From a virus: 64,000 nt of DNA. Under the pieces are notes generated by a model that was given only the letters and a program-made list of their open reading frames with translations, did not search any database and was not told the origin of the DNA. The translations under genes were made by a program, and so were the position numbers. Shown here piece by piece: positions 20,599 to 28,314 of the stretch. The first letter of the stretch is position 1. The number at the start of each line of letters is the position of its first letter. The stretch is taken from IMG/VR virus record IMGVR_UViG_3300032235_000387, positions 7,211 to 71,210 of that record; one strand, given 5' to 3'.

Positions 20599-21519
20599 AT
20601 GGCAGGAACTGTTACGCCACAATTACGATATCCTCTAAAAAATATTGGAGTTAATGACGATTATTTAAAAATAGAAGTAGTTGAATATGTTCCACCAGGA
20701 TTGTCTGGACAAACTGGAAATAGATCTTTTGCACTTGGAACTACAGAACAAGCATTAAGTAGAAATAAAAATATAAGATCTACGATTATTTTACCAATTC
20801 CACAATCAATACAAGATAGTAATAGTGCAAATTGGGGTCCAAATTCGTTAAATTCTCTTGCTGGAGCAGGAGTTGCTGGAGTAGAACAAGCAATCAAAAG
20901 TAGTAGTTTAATTTCTGGTGCTTCTGGATCAATCATGCAAATTTTTAATAAATTTAATGAAGGTGTTACAGAAGGTACAGGACAACAAGCTGCATCTGCA
21001 GCTTTTTCTGGAATGGCAGTTCAAGCATTATTGGGTCAAGGTGCACCAGATTTTAACGCATTAATTTCAAGGTCTTCTGGTGCAGTAGTAAATCAAAACG
21101 TTGAATTATTATTCAATGGTGTAGATTTAAGACAACCATTTACTTTTGTATATGATATTGTTCCAAGATCAGAACAAGAGTCTTTAGTTGCGAAAAATAT
21201 TATTAGAACTTTTAAGCAAGAAATGACACCAAGAAAAGGAACAACTGGAGAGACTGGTTCTGGATTTTTTGTAAAATCTCCAAATGTTTTTATTCTTGAG
21301 TATATGAGTGGTGGAAAACCACATCCATTTTTACATAAATTTAAACCATGTGCACTCACAAATATGAGTGTTAATTATACTGGGTCTGGAACATATGCAA
21401 CCTATTCTGATGCGACACCAGTTCATATGAATTTAACTTTAGCATTTCAAGAATTATCTGTTGTTTATGCAGAAGATTATACTGATAATGAAAAAGGACA
21501 GCAAGGAGTTGGGTACTAA
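20599..21519 (+). CDS. gp48: Baseplate tail tube cap gp48
   Basis: LRYPL...IILPIP...NQNVELLFNGVDLR..F.F...PRS..E...IIRTFK...CALTNMSVNYT...LAFQEL; ATAAATA late-promoter-like motif just upstream. Confidence 0.85.
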   Translation: MAGTVTPQLRYPLKNIGVNDDYLKIEVVEYVPPGLSGQTGNRSFALGTTEQALSRNKNIRSTIILPIPQSIQDSNSANWGPNSLNSLAGAGVAGVEQAIKSSSLISGASGSIMQIFNKFNEGVTEGTGQQAASAAFSGMAVQALLGQGAPDFNALISRSSGAVVNQNVELLFNGVDLRQPFTFVYDIVPRSEQESLVAKNIIRTFKQEMTPRKGTTGETGSGFFVKSPNVFILEYMSGGKPHPFLHKFKPCALTNMSVNYTGSGTYATYSDATPVHMNLTLAFQELSVVYAEDYTDNEKGQQGVGY

Positions 21520-22172
21520 TGTCTTATTTTAGAGAACTTCCAGATCTAGAATATCAAACTCAATTATCGGATAGAGTTTCTTCTGATCAATATACACTTG
21601 TTAAAAATTTGTTCAGAAGAGTAAAACTTCGTGATGATTTGCAGAATGTCTTTACAATATTTAACAAATATCAGATACCAGATGGATCAAGACCTGATTT
21701 AGTTTCTCAAGAATTATATGGAAGTTCGGAATATGATTGGGTAGTTTTAATATCTGCAGGAATAATTAATATTAGAGATCAATGGCCTTTATCAGACAAA
21801 GACATTTATGATTATGCCTTAGAAGTTTATGGAAGTGATTTAAATTCAATACATCATTATGAAACAATAGAAGTTAAAGATTCTAAGGGAAGATTAATTC
21901 TTCCTGCAGGAAAAATAGTTGATGCATCATTTACTATACCAGATCCAGAAATTTTAATTACTAATATATCTCCAAACCCAGTAATTGGAATAACAAATTA
22001 TGAATATGAAATTAAAAAAAATAATGAAAAGAGAACAATCTATGTTCTAAAACCAATTTATTTACAACAAGTTTTAAAAGATACTAGAAAAAGTTTACTT
22101 TATGATGAATCTTCTGAGTATGTTAGTGAAAGAATAATTAGAACTGAAAATACTAGAAATACATTACCATAA
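21519..22172 (+). CDS. gp53: Baseplate wedge subunit gp53
   Basis: YFRELP...KNLFRR...RPDLVSQELYG...DWVVL...QWPL...IHHYET...TNYEYE...NNEKRTI. Confidence 0.9.
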   Translation: MSYFRELPDLEYQTQLSDRVSSDQYTLVKNLFRRVKLRDDLQNVFTIFNKYQIPDGSRPDLVSQELYGSSEYDWVVLISAGIINIRDQWPLSDKDIYDYALEVYGSDLNSIHHYETIEVKDSKGRLILPAGKIVDASFTIPDPEILITNISPNPVIGITNYEYEIKKNNEKRTIYVLKPIYLQQVLKDTRKSLLYDESSEYVSERIIRTENTRNTLP

Positions 22173-22751
22173 GAGTTCTAAACTCTTATCAAACATCATC
22201 ACATATCGGTGTTTGCGGGAGCGGTCTTTCCATTCTCCTGCAGCACCTTTAATTTTGCCTCTAGAGTGTTTAGTTCCATCTGCAAAGTAGAAATCTTTTT
22301 TTGGGTTTGTGAGTCCGCAATATTTAAAGTTACAAGCGCGATAGATTGTACCATTATGGAAATCACTATCAGCGTAAGAGATGATTGCTTTAACTTCAGT
22401 ATCCTTCCGTAACTGTCTAATCGCTCTTGAAACAAACCAAGAAGTGATATTATGCTCGTCAGATTGTGTGTCTGGGTGAATGCAGAGGCGCGAAAGTTCA
22501 AATAGTCCTTGTTGTTCATTTCGTTCTAATCCAAAAGCACCTTTGGCGATTTCTGGAACAGGAAGTCCAGTAAAAATACAAACTCCTAAAAGACCACCAA
22601 CATTCAAAGGACTGAAATCATTCTTTTTAAAAAGTCCGTAATTATATCCAGACTTAAATCCCTTTGAAATATCTTTAAGATAGTGGTATTCTAGGAGTAG
22701 TTCTTCTGCCTGTTTTTTAGAAATCTTATCAATATAATAATCAGATTTCAT
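22164..22751 (-). CDS. Mom-like GNAT-fold DNA modification (acyltransferase) protein
   Basis: HYL...GVCIF...ELSRL...SWFVSRAIRQL...IISYAD...HNGTIYRACNF.Y.G, the pattern of Mu Mom-family proteins. Confidence 0.7.
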   Translation of the reverse strand: MKSDYYIDKISKKQAEELLLEYHYLKDISKGFKSGYNYGLFKKNDFSPLNVGGLLGVCIFTGLPVPEIAKGAFGLERNEQQGLFELSRLCIHPDTQSDEHNITSWFVSRAIRQLRKDTEVKAIISYADSDFHNGTIYRACNFKYCGLTNPKKDFYFADGTKHSRGKIKGAAGEWKDRSRKHRYVMMFDKSLELLW

Positions 22752-22780
22752 AAAAAAAGAGGGGGAGGTCTCACTCCCCC
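22752..22780 (-). terminator. Rho-independent terminator downstream of gp32
   Basis: Minus strand GGGGGAG-TGAGAC-CTCCCCC followed by TCTTTTTTT. Confidence 0.75.
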
Positions 22781-22795
22781 CATTATAGCACCTAA

Positions 22796-23719
22796 TCAGT
22801 CCTCTGCAAGACGGGCAAAATACGAAAGTGCATCATCATCTTCATCTTCTACTGGCGCTACAGCACGACGTGTGGGTTGAAGATTGTTGAGTTCAGAACG
22901 TAGATCATCGTCAAGATCCTTTACAGGACCACGAGAATAGGTCTCTTCTTCTTCAACTTCTTCATCAAGGCGAGCAGAAGATTTAGAACCAAGAACAGAA
23001 TGAAGTCGAGTTTTTAATTCTTCATAAGTCTTGAATTGATCGGGAGAAACAAATTCTGCAAGAGAGTACTGCTTTTTCCAAATTGCTTCCATAGCATCAT
23101 CATCATTTAGAAGGGCACCCTGAGAGGCAAATTCGCTGGAATCATAGTTACGATAACCAGCAACGTTCTTTGCTTTCAGTTTGAAGTTAGCACCCTGCCA
23201 GAAGTCAAACGGATCAATCGGAGTCTCATCTTCAAACTCAGGTTGCATTGCTTCAGTGAGTTTGTCAAAGATCTTCTTACCGTACTTGAACAGGAAGACC
23301 TTACCTTCATTTTCGGGATTTGCAGGATCTTTTACCACATAGATGTTAGAAACATAAGTCAGTTTACGCTTCTGTTTGCGAGCAACTTCTTTACCTGCAT
23401 CAGTTCCATTGTTCCACAAACCAGAGTTGTGTTCGCAAACTGGGCATTTTTGATTAATAGTGGTCAAGCACTGGTCGATTAACCAACCACCAGAACCCTG
23501 AAAAGCATGAGAATAAACCTTCACGAAGGGAAGATCTTCTCCATCTGGTGCAGGAAGGAAACGAATTACAGCGTATCCATTACCGCTTTTGTCTACGTCC
23601 AGTTTCCATACACGATCATCACCGGAATTACCAGTGGAATTCATTTTTTCTACTTCTTTGACTAGTTTTGCAGTCAGAGAACCAAGTTTAGATTGTTTTT
23701 TAAGATCGGCAAATGCCAT
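22796..23719 (-). CDS. gp32: Single-stranded DNA-binding protein gp32
   Basis: DDRVWKL..DKSGNGYAVIRFLP...HAFQG...CPVC...KRKL.Y...YGKKIFDK...GANFKLK...YRNYD, plus acidic C-terminal tail. Confidence 0.95.
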   Translation of the reverse strand: MAFADLKKQSKLGSLTAKLVKEVEKMNSTGNSGDDRVWKLDVDKSGNGYAVIRFLPAPDGEDLPFVKVYSHAFQGSGGWLIDQCLTTINQKCPVCEHNSGLWNNGTDAGKEVARKQKRKLTYVSNIYVVKDPANPENEGKVFLFKYGKKIFDKLTEAMQPEFEDETPIDPFDFWQGANFKLKAKNVAGYRNYDSSEFASQGALLNDDDAMEAIWKKQYSLAEFVSPDQFKTYEELKTRLHSVLGSKSSARLDEEVEEEETYSRGPVKDLDDDLRSELNNLQPTRRAVAPVEDEDDDALSYFARLAED

Positions 23720-23761
23720 TTAGATACCTCGGATAATTTGGATTTTTTGGATTACTCGGAT
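23717..23761 (-). repeat. Five tandem 9-nt repeats forming the gp32 5' leader
   Basis: ATCCGAGTA ATCCAAAAA ATCCAAATT ATCCGAGGT ATCTAAATG; the last unit ends in the start codon. Confidence 0.8.
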
Positions 23762-23790
23762 AGTATAACAGAAATTTCCTCAGCGGTCAA
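23762..23790 (-). promoter_or_regulatory. Sigma70-type promoter for gp32
   Basis: TTGACC-17 nt-TATACT with an extended -10 TG. Confidence 0.75.
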
Positions 23791-24112
23791 TGTATTGCTT
23801 GAGGGACTCGATGGTTTTGTTCATACTACTGAATAATAAGTTCATATCAGTCTCTGGTGAGAAACCCATCAGGGCAACTGATTTGCGCAGGTTCTCTTTC
23901 ATCTCAACCGCTTGCGGGTCGTCTGAAAGGGATAACCTAGTATACATCACTCTTTGCTTTTCTAGCAAGAGTTCCAGTTTTTCAATGTGCTCAAGTTTTG
24001 TTTCGCGGTCCATCATACCAAAAGTAAGAATACTTCCATATATCTGTTCTTGTAACTTGTTTATTTCTTTCAATTCTTCTTGAATAATATCGGAGTCAAA
24101 AAAGTTACTCAT
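23780..24112 (-). CDS. DUF1825-family protein (cyanobacterial/cyanophage)
   Basis: FFDSDIIQEE...EKQRVMYTRLSLSDDPQA motif. Confidence 0.75.
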   Translation of the reverse strand: MSNFFDSDIIQEELKEINKLQEQIYGSILTFGMMDRETKLEHIEKLELLLEKQRVMYTRLSLSDDPQAVEMKENLRKSVALMGFSPETDMNLLFSSMNKTIESLKQYIDR

Positions 24113-24695
24113 CTATGATTTCCCTTAAAATTTTTTTAAATTGAAACACATCAGTATTTAGAAATGGTGAATATTTTTTGATTTTTAAACTTACGGTTTC
24201 CCACACAGGGTCCAAAAGTTTTTTATCAAAAGTTTTTGAAAAACCAAATATTTTGTCGTAAATTACGAATGTTTCTAGTGACAATTTCCCGCTTAGAAAT
24301 CTTTTGAAAACTATTGGATGACCTTTGGAACAATTGAACACAGTTTCTAATTCGTTCTCTGAGAACAATTCCATTGATTGTTCTTTGAACAAGTAGGTTA
24401 AACTCTGCTGTCTCCGCATCCAATCTGCGTATGTTCTTTCGCCAGAATTTATAATTTCTCCAATCCATAAGTTACCTGGGGAATCTGCTGCTACAAAGTT
24501 TGAAAGTAAAAAATCTACGATTTCTTTATCTGAATATTTTCTAGAACTTTTTTCAAACCAATATTTATCTTTACGTTTATTAAATGAAGAAACTGTTGCT
24601 CTTGATTTTCCTCCATACTTAAAAAAGTCATATTTACTATTTGTAAAATGACTTTTCATAGAAAGATAAGTTTGGTATGTCTCAAAAGGACTCAT
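24105..24695 (-). CDS. gp59: Helicase loader gp59
   Basis: YQTYLSMKSHFT...YDFFKYGGK...FNKRKDKYWFEK...LSLETFVI; syntenic with gp33 and gp32. Confidence 0.9.
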   Translation of the reverse strand: MSPFETYQTYLSMKSHFTNSKYDFFKYGGKSRATVSSFNKRKDKYWFEKSSRKYSDKEIVDFLLSNFVAADSPGNLWIGEIINSGERTYADWMRRQQSLTYLFKEQSMELFSENELETVFNCSKGHPIVFKRFLSGKLSLETFVIYDKIFGFSKTFDKKLLDPVWETVSLKIKKYSPFLNTDVFQFKKILREIIDE

Positions 24696-24952
24696 AAAGG
24701 AAGTTTTGCTCTCGAAGTTCGTTTCATAAAGTTAAGACGAGTTGCGTCCCACTTTAATTTCTCTTTCAAAGGTTTTGAAATGAGTTTCGTAACAGATTCT
24801 ACCTCAAGACTATTGATTTCGCAATAGTGACAAATAGCATCAATATAATTAATATTTTCTTCTGCTACAATCTTTTCAATCTCAAGAGCAAACTTGGAGG
24901 GTGTTAAAAACTTATTTTCTATTGCCTGTTCTAGTTCTTTATTTGGTTCCAT
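24692..24952 (-). CDS. gp33: Late promoter transcription coactivator gp33
   Basis: FALEIEKIV...NYIDAICHYCE...KLISKPLKEKL..DA..LNF. Likely start is ATG 24952 rather than the track's 25057. Confidence 0.9.
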   Translation of the reverse strand: MEPNKELEQAIENKFLTPSKFALEIEKIVAEENINYIDAICHYCEINSLEVESVTKLISKPLKEKLKWDATRLNFMKRTSRAKLPL

Positions 24953-25619
24953 AGAGCTCCAATTTATCTCTAACAAACTTTCTAATGTATTCTGAGAGAA
25001 GTTTGATGTATTTTGCTTTGTTGTATTCTTCATAGACGATGCATTCTCCATTTTCACAGGCCATTATAATTACAAGTTTTTTAACAGACAATCCTGTTAG
25101 TTCGTATAGCATACAACCATATGCCATACATTGAACAAAATAGTGTTCAATCCACTCTCGTGGTTTTGGTTTTTTAGAAGTTTTGAAATCAATTATCGCT
25201 AATTCGCCATTGTATTCTGCAATACAATCAACTGTTCCCGCAATACCTAATTGCTTACTATATAGGGAACCTTCAAGAGAGTAAATATTATTTATACAGT
25301 TAAGTTCTGTTTTCGCAATCTTAAAAAGAAAGTCTGAAAGAGGTTGAACTTCTGGAAGGTTTTCATTTTTGAGATGATGTTCTACAAGAGTGTGCATATC
25401 AGTTCCACGACTTGTTGCCGCTCTTGTAATACGATCTGCTTCTACATCTCCAACTTTTTTACGCCATTTAACAAATATTTCTTTATTAAAATGACTGGTC
25501 ACCGAAGTAATGGAGACCAGTCGGAGAAGTTCTTCTTCTTCAGGAACTTTATAGTACCTTACACCATCAATTGTCTCACGCTCCAACTGTGGGAGTTCAA
25601 TATCAATATGATTAAACAT
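24939..25619 (-). CDS. Cas4-like PD-(D/E)XK exonuclease
   Basis: SITSV...RGTDMH...AGTVDCIAE...IIDFKTS...YFVQCMAY. Confidence 0.85.
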   Translation of the reverse strand: MFNHIDIELPQLERETIDGVRYYKVPEEEELLRLVSITSVTSHFNKEIFVKWRKKVGDVEADRITRAATSRGTDMHTLVEHHLKNENLPEVQPLSDFLFKIAKTELNCINNIYSLEGSLYSKQLGIAGTVDCIAEYNGELAIIDFKTSKKPKPREWIEHYFVQCMAYGCMLYELTGLSVKKLVIIMACENGECIVYEEYNKAKYIKLLSEYIRKFVRDKLELYGTK

Positions 25620-26377
25620 TAAAAACCAGCATCCATTTTTGCAACAATGTATTCTTTAACAAGTCCAGAACGAACAATATCGTCTACACCAAACTCAATT
25701 ATATCAAATGATGGCATTTTACGCAACACTGACATAAAATCTACAATACCATTGCGTTCATTTGTTTTTTGTAAGTCTGACTGAGAGGCATCACCACAAA
25801 AACAAATTTTAGTATTTTCACCAACACGAGTAATAATAGAATCTAATTCATGAAAATTTAAATTTTGGAATTCATCTACAATAATAATTGCATTATCAAG
25901 AGTAGTTCCACGAAGGAATGAAGTGGACCAGAATTTAATTGTCTCTTGCGATTTTAAGTTACCATAAAGCATCTCAAAGTCGGCATCAGAAGGCATCTGG
26001 AACATATACTTGACCATATTCTTATAAGGAATCTGGTAAATATCTGCCTTGTCTTCGTGAGATCCAGGAAGGAAACCAATCTCACGAGTTGCTACAAGAG
26101 AACGAACCAAATAGATTCTTTCATAAGGAGATTGTTCATCCAGAACATCTGCAAGAGCATTATAAAGTGTAATGAAGGTCTTACCTGTTCCAGCACATCC
26201 ATAAGCAACGATATGCTTACCATCTGTATAAGAATCGAAGAGTTTTCTTTGATTTTCTGTAAGAGGATCAATATCAATTAAATATTCGGAACTTAATGGT
26301 TTTCTCCTTTTCATTTGTTTTGCAGTCATTCCAACACCAATTGGTTGGTCATTGTTGCTTCTTTTTCTTCTTGCCAT
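25619..26377 (-). CDS. phoH: PhoH-family ATPase
   Basis: GCAGTGKT Walker A, REIGFLPG, FLRGTT, IVDEFQN, CGDASQSDL, DIVRSG. Confidence 0.95.
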   Translation of the reverse strand: MARRKRSNNDQPIGVGMTAKQMKRRKPLSSEYLIDIDPLTENQRKLFDSYTDGKHIVAYGCAGTGKTFITLYNALADVLDEQSPYERIYLVRSLVATREIGFLPGSHEDKADIYQIPYKNMVKYMFQMPSDADFEMLYGNLKSQETIKFWSTSFLRGTTLDNAIIIVDEFQNLNFHELDSIITRVGENTKICFCGDASQSDLQKTNERNGIVDFMSVLRKMPSFDIIEFGVDDIVRSGLVKEYIVAKMDAGF

Positions 26378-26384
26378 AAATTAA

Positions 26385-26627
26385 TTAAAGTTTTTTTACA
26401 GTTGAACCAGGCATTTTTGCCGCACGATCTAATACATCATTCCATCCAGGATTACGGTTAATGAGTTTATCTTTCCACTCACCAACTTCTCCTGGTGTGG
26501 CACATCCTTGTGACCAATCCCTTTGCCATTCGGGATTATCCTTGTACCACTGTGTGATGTCATGAACACTCATTTCAATCACTTTTGTCTCACCAGTTTC
26601 TTTGTGAATAATTGGATATATTGCCAT
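26385..26627 (-). CDS. Conserved cyanophage hypothetical protein
   Basis: 80-aa ORF (MAIYP...W..DNP.W...PGWNDVL...PGS) upstream of phoH; CTAAATA at about 26650-26656. Confidence 0.75.
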   Translation of the reverse strand: MAIYPIIHKETGETKVIEMSVHDITQWYKDNPEWQRDWSQGCATPGEVGEWKDKLINRNPGWNDVLDRAAKMPGSTVKKL

Positions 26628-26652
26628 AAGTTACGAATTCAAGATAATTTAT

Positions 26653-27288
26653 TTAGACCCATTCAAGGGCTTCTGCAACCGTTGGAAATTGTTCGGAAAA
26701 CACTTTCTTACATTCCAGAGCAATGTCCATATGTTCTTTCTGAGTTCCGTTTGCCGAACGGAGATTGATATAATGTATCCATGACCTGCAAGAACCGGTC
26801 ATATAGATGCGTGTGGGCGTCGCTAAGGGCAGTACAAACCTTGCACACTCTTTTGCTACACCTGCATCCAACATCCGCTTGTAGAGGTTATTAGAGTGCG
26901 CAAAGAGTTGAGCAATTTCAGATTGAAACTTCAATTTTACATAGTCACCAAGATCGTCAGTAGAGTTCTGACGGTTCTTTGTATCTTGCTTACGGAGTTC
27001 TGGAATGGGAATATTCTCAGTGATCAGATTCGTATCGGCATACCGTTGCGAAAATTCCTGGAATGTAAAGGACCTATGCCGGAGCACTTGGGCAGCAATA
27101 CCACGATTGGTTTCAATTTCAAGAGTCATAGAAGACTGTTCAAAAACAGACCAATGATTATGCTTAATACAATAAGCAAGCAACTTGGCATAGTTCTCGT
27201 TGTCCTGATTAGCAGGATTAGAGACTCGTGCAATGTATGCCATTGTTTTTTCTGCATCGGGAGTTACCGAAATAAGTTTAACTGTCAT
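26653..27288 (-). CDS. thyX: Flavin-dependent thymidylate synthase
   Basis: HWSVFE, RHRSFTFQEFSQRY (RHRx7S) and KECARFVLP motifs. Confidence 0.95.
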   Translation of the reverse strand: MTVKLISVTPDAEKTMAYIARVSNPANQDNENYAKLLAYCIKHNHWSVFEQSSMTLEIETNRGIAAQVLRHRSFTFQEFSQRYADTNLITENIPIPELRKQDTKNRQNSTDDLGDYVKLKFQSEIAQLFAHSNNLYKRMLDAGVAKECARFVLPLATPTRIYMTGSCRSWIHYINLRSANGTQKEHMDIALECKKVFSEQFPTVAEALEWV

Positions 27289-27455
27289 TTTTTTCCAAAT
27301 CCTTTTGAGGTTTTTGCTTCAATTTGTGCCAATTCTTTTTCTAATACTCTTAACTGAGTTTTCATTTCAATTAACTTATCAGCAGAATATAAGTGTTCTT
27401 GTTTAACTAATCTGCGAAATAATTTCATCATTTCTCTTGCTTTATTAGTTTTCAT
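27285..27455 (-). CDS. Hypothetical protein
   Basis: Short coiled-coil ORF ending KGFGKK, overlapping the thyX start. Confidence 0.6.
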   Translation of the reverse strand: MKTNKAREMMKLFRRLVKQEHLYSADKLIEMKTQLRVLEKELAQIEAKTSKGFGKK

Positions 27456-27615
27456 ACTCATCATCATCAAAAATTTCGTCGTAATCTAAAATTGGTCTTT
27501 TTTTCATTTCCACTCCTGTATAAGAAGAAGAACTATCAGAGTATATTTCCGATTTTAAAGAATCAACCAAGAGTTCAAGATTACGGACAATTAGTTTTAA
27601 CTTTTCTTTGTCCAT
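27445..27615 (-). CDS. Hypothetical cyanophage protein
   Basis: MDKEKLKLIVRNLELLVDSLKSEIYSD...DYDEIFDD; likely start 27615, downstream of the terminator. Confidence 0.7.
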   Translation of the reverse strand: MDKEKLKLIVRNLELLVDSLKSEIYSDSSSSYTGVEMKKRPILDYDEIFDDDEYEN

Positions 27616-27647
27616 GAAAAATATTCTCTCTGCATCTATCATATCAT

Positions 27648-27672
27648 AAAAAAAGGAGGGAATCAACCCTCC
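27648..27672 (-). terminator. Rho-independent terminator ending the DUF4278 unit
   Basis: GGAGGG-TTGATT-CCCTCC followed by TTTTTTT on the minus strand. Confidence 0.75.
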
Positions 27673-27679
27673 TCCGTAT

Positions 27680-27781
27680 TTAAGCAATTTGAGATTGCTT
27701 TGCCATATTCAATTGTGCAATATAAAGAAGTTTTTCTTTTTTTGCTTTTTTCTTAAGATAACGAACAAAATAAGTGTTCAT
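27680..27781 (-). CDS. 33-aa basic peptide
   Basis: MNTYFVRYLKKKAKKEKLLYIAQLNMAKQSQIA*; ATGA overlap with the DUF4278 stop suggests translational coupling. Confidence 0.55.
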   Translation of the reverse strand: MNTYFVRYLKKKAKKEKLLYIAQLNMAKQSQIA

Positions 27782-27936
27782 TTTGCCACCTCCTGATTTT
27801 TACAAGGACGGTATGCTACTCCACGATACGTATTTTGTGGATGAGCAGGTGAATGAGTCTTATTATACCAAGAGACATATTCTTTCTTTGCATCTTCGGT
27901 GTCGTATTGACAACCTCTATAAACGACTTTAGACAT
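27778..27936 (-). CDS. DUF4278-like small protein (52 aa)
   Basis: MSKVVYRGCQYD...NTYRGVAYRP with two YRG-x-x-Y motifs; strong RBS (AAGGAG) upstream. Confidence 0.8.
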   Translation of the reverse strand: MSKVVYRGCQYDTEDAKKEYVSWYNKTHSPAHPQNTYRGVAYRPCKNQEVAK

Positions 27937-27968
27937 TAGGTTTTCTCCTTAGTTTTTAAGTTAAAGAG

Positions 27969-28194
27969 CGTTCCTTCAGTCAACTTTTGCGTCTAGTTTG
28001 CACTCTTTAGGAGATATTTGTTTAATCTCCCACATTAAATCATTTTTGATTTTTGGTGTTAAATTAGGATAATTATTTACCCTAGAAATAATCAATTGTG
28101 CCTGTAAGCAATTTAGAATGAGTGCTTCCATAGATGAACGATCCGTTCCGAGTCGGCTTACTTCCGTTCGCTATTCGCGAATAGCGAATGAACG
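27969..28194 (-). ncRNA. Tandem glutamine-riboswitch-like aptamers (glnA / downstream-peptide class)
   Basis: Aptamer 1 (28194-28144): CGTTCA-[TTCGCTATTCGCGAATAGCGAA hairpin]-CGGAAGTAAG...GGAACG. Aptamer 2 (28140-27969): CGTTCA-TCTA...TAGA-CGCAA...CTGAAGGAACG. CGTTC/GAACG P1 pairing; sits upstream of DUF4278. Confidence 0.75.
27976..28131 (-). CDS. 51-aa ORF nested inside riboswitch aptamer 2
   Basis: MEALILNCLQAQLIISRVNNYPNLTPKIKNDLMWEIKQISPKECKLDAKVD*; ATG in the 5' P2 strand, TGA in the CTGAAGGAACG element. Confidence 0.6.
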   Translation of the reverse strand: MEALILNCLQAQLIISRVNNYPNLTPKIKNDLMWEIKQISPKECKLDAKVD

Positions 28195-28201
28195 TAGAGG
28201 A

Positions 28202-28253
28202 ATTATACCTCATTAATTAAATTTATAAAAGTTTTTTTGTAATTTATGATACA
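28202..28253 (-). promoter_or_regulatory. NtcA-type box plus -10 element
   Basis: TGTA-N8-TACA at 28238-28253, and TATAAT at 28207-28202, 7 nt upstream of the aptamer start. Confidence 0.6.
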
Positions 28254-28275
28254 ATTTTATAAAATCTTAGGGACC

Positions 28276-28306
28276 AAAAAAAATCCTGGAAAATTTTTTC
28301 CAGGAT
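28276..28306 (-). terminator. Rho-independent terminator insulating the riboswitch unit from upstream genes
   Basis: ATCCTGGAAAA/TTTTCCAGGAT inverted repeat followed by a T7 run on the minus strand. Confidence 0.65.
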
Positions 28307-28314
28307 CTGGGAAA

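Noticed and set aside
24939-25619. Cas4-like nuclease as part of a CRISPR system
   Set aside because: Standard stand-alone exonuclease between phoH and gp33 in T4-like phages; no array or other cas genes.
26378-26660. Pho box upstream of phoH
   Set aside because: No tandem PhoB-type repeats seen; only a late-promoter-like CTAAATA.
28167-28188. Perfect 22-bp palindrome as a protein operator
   Set aside because: Better explained as the P2 hairpin of the first aptamer.
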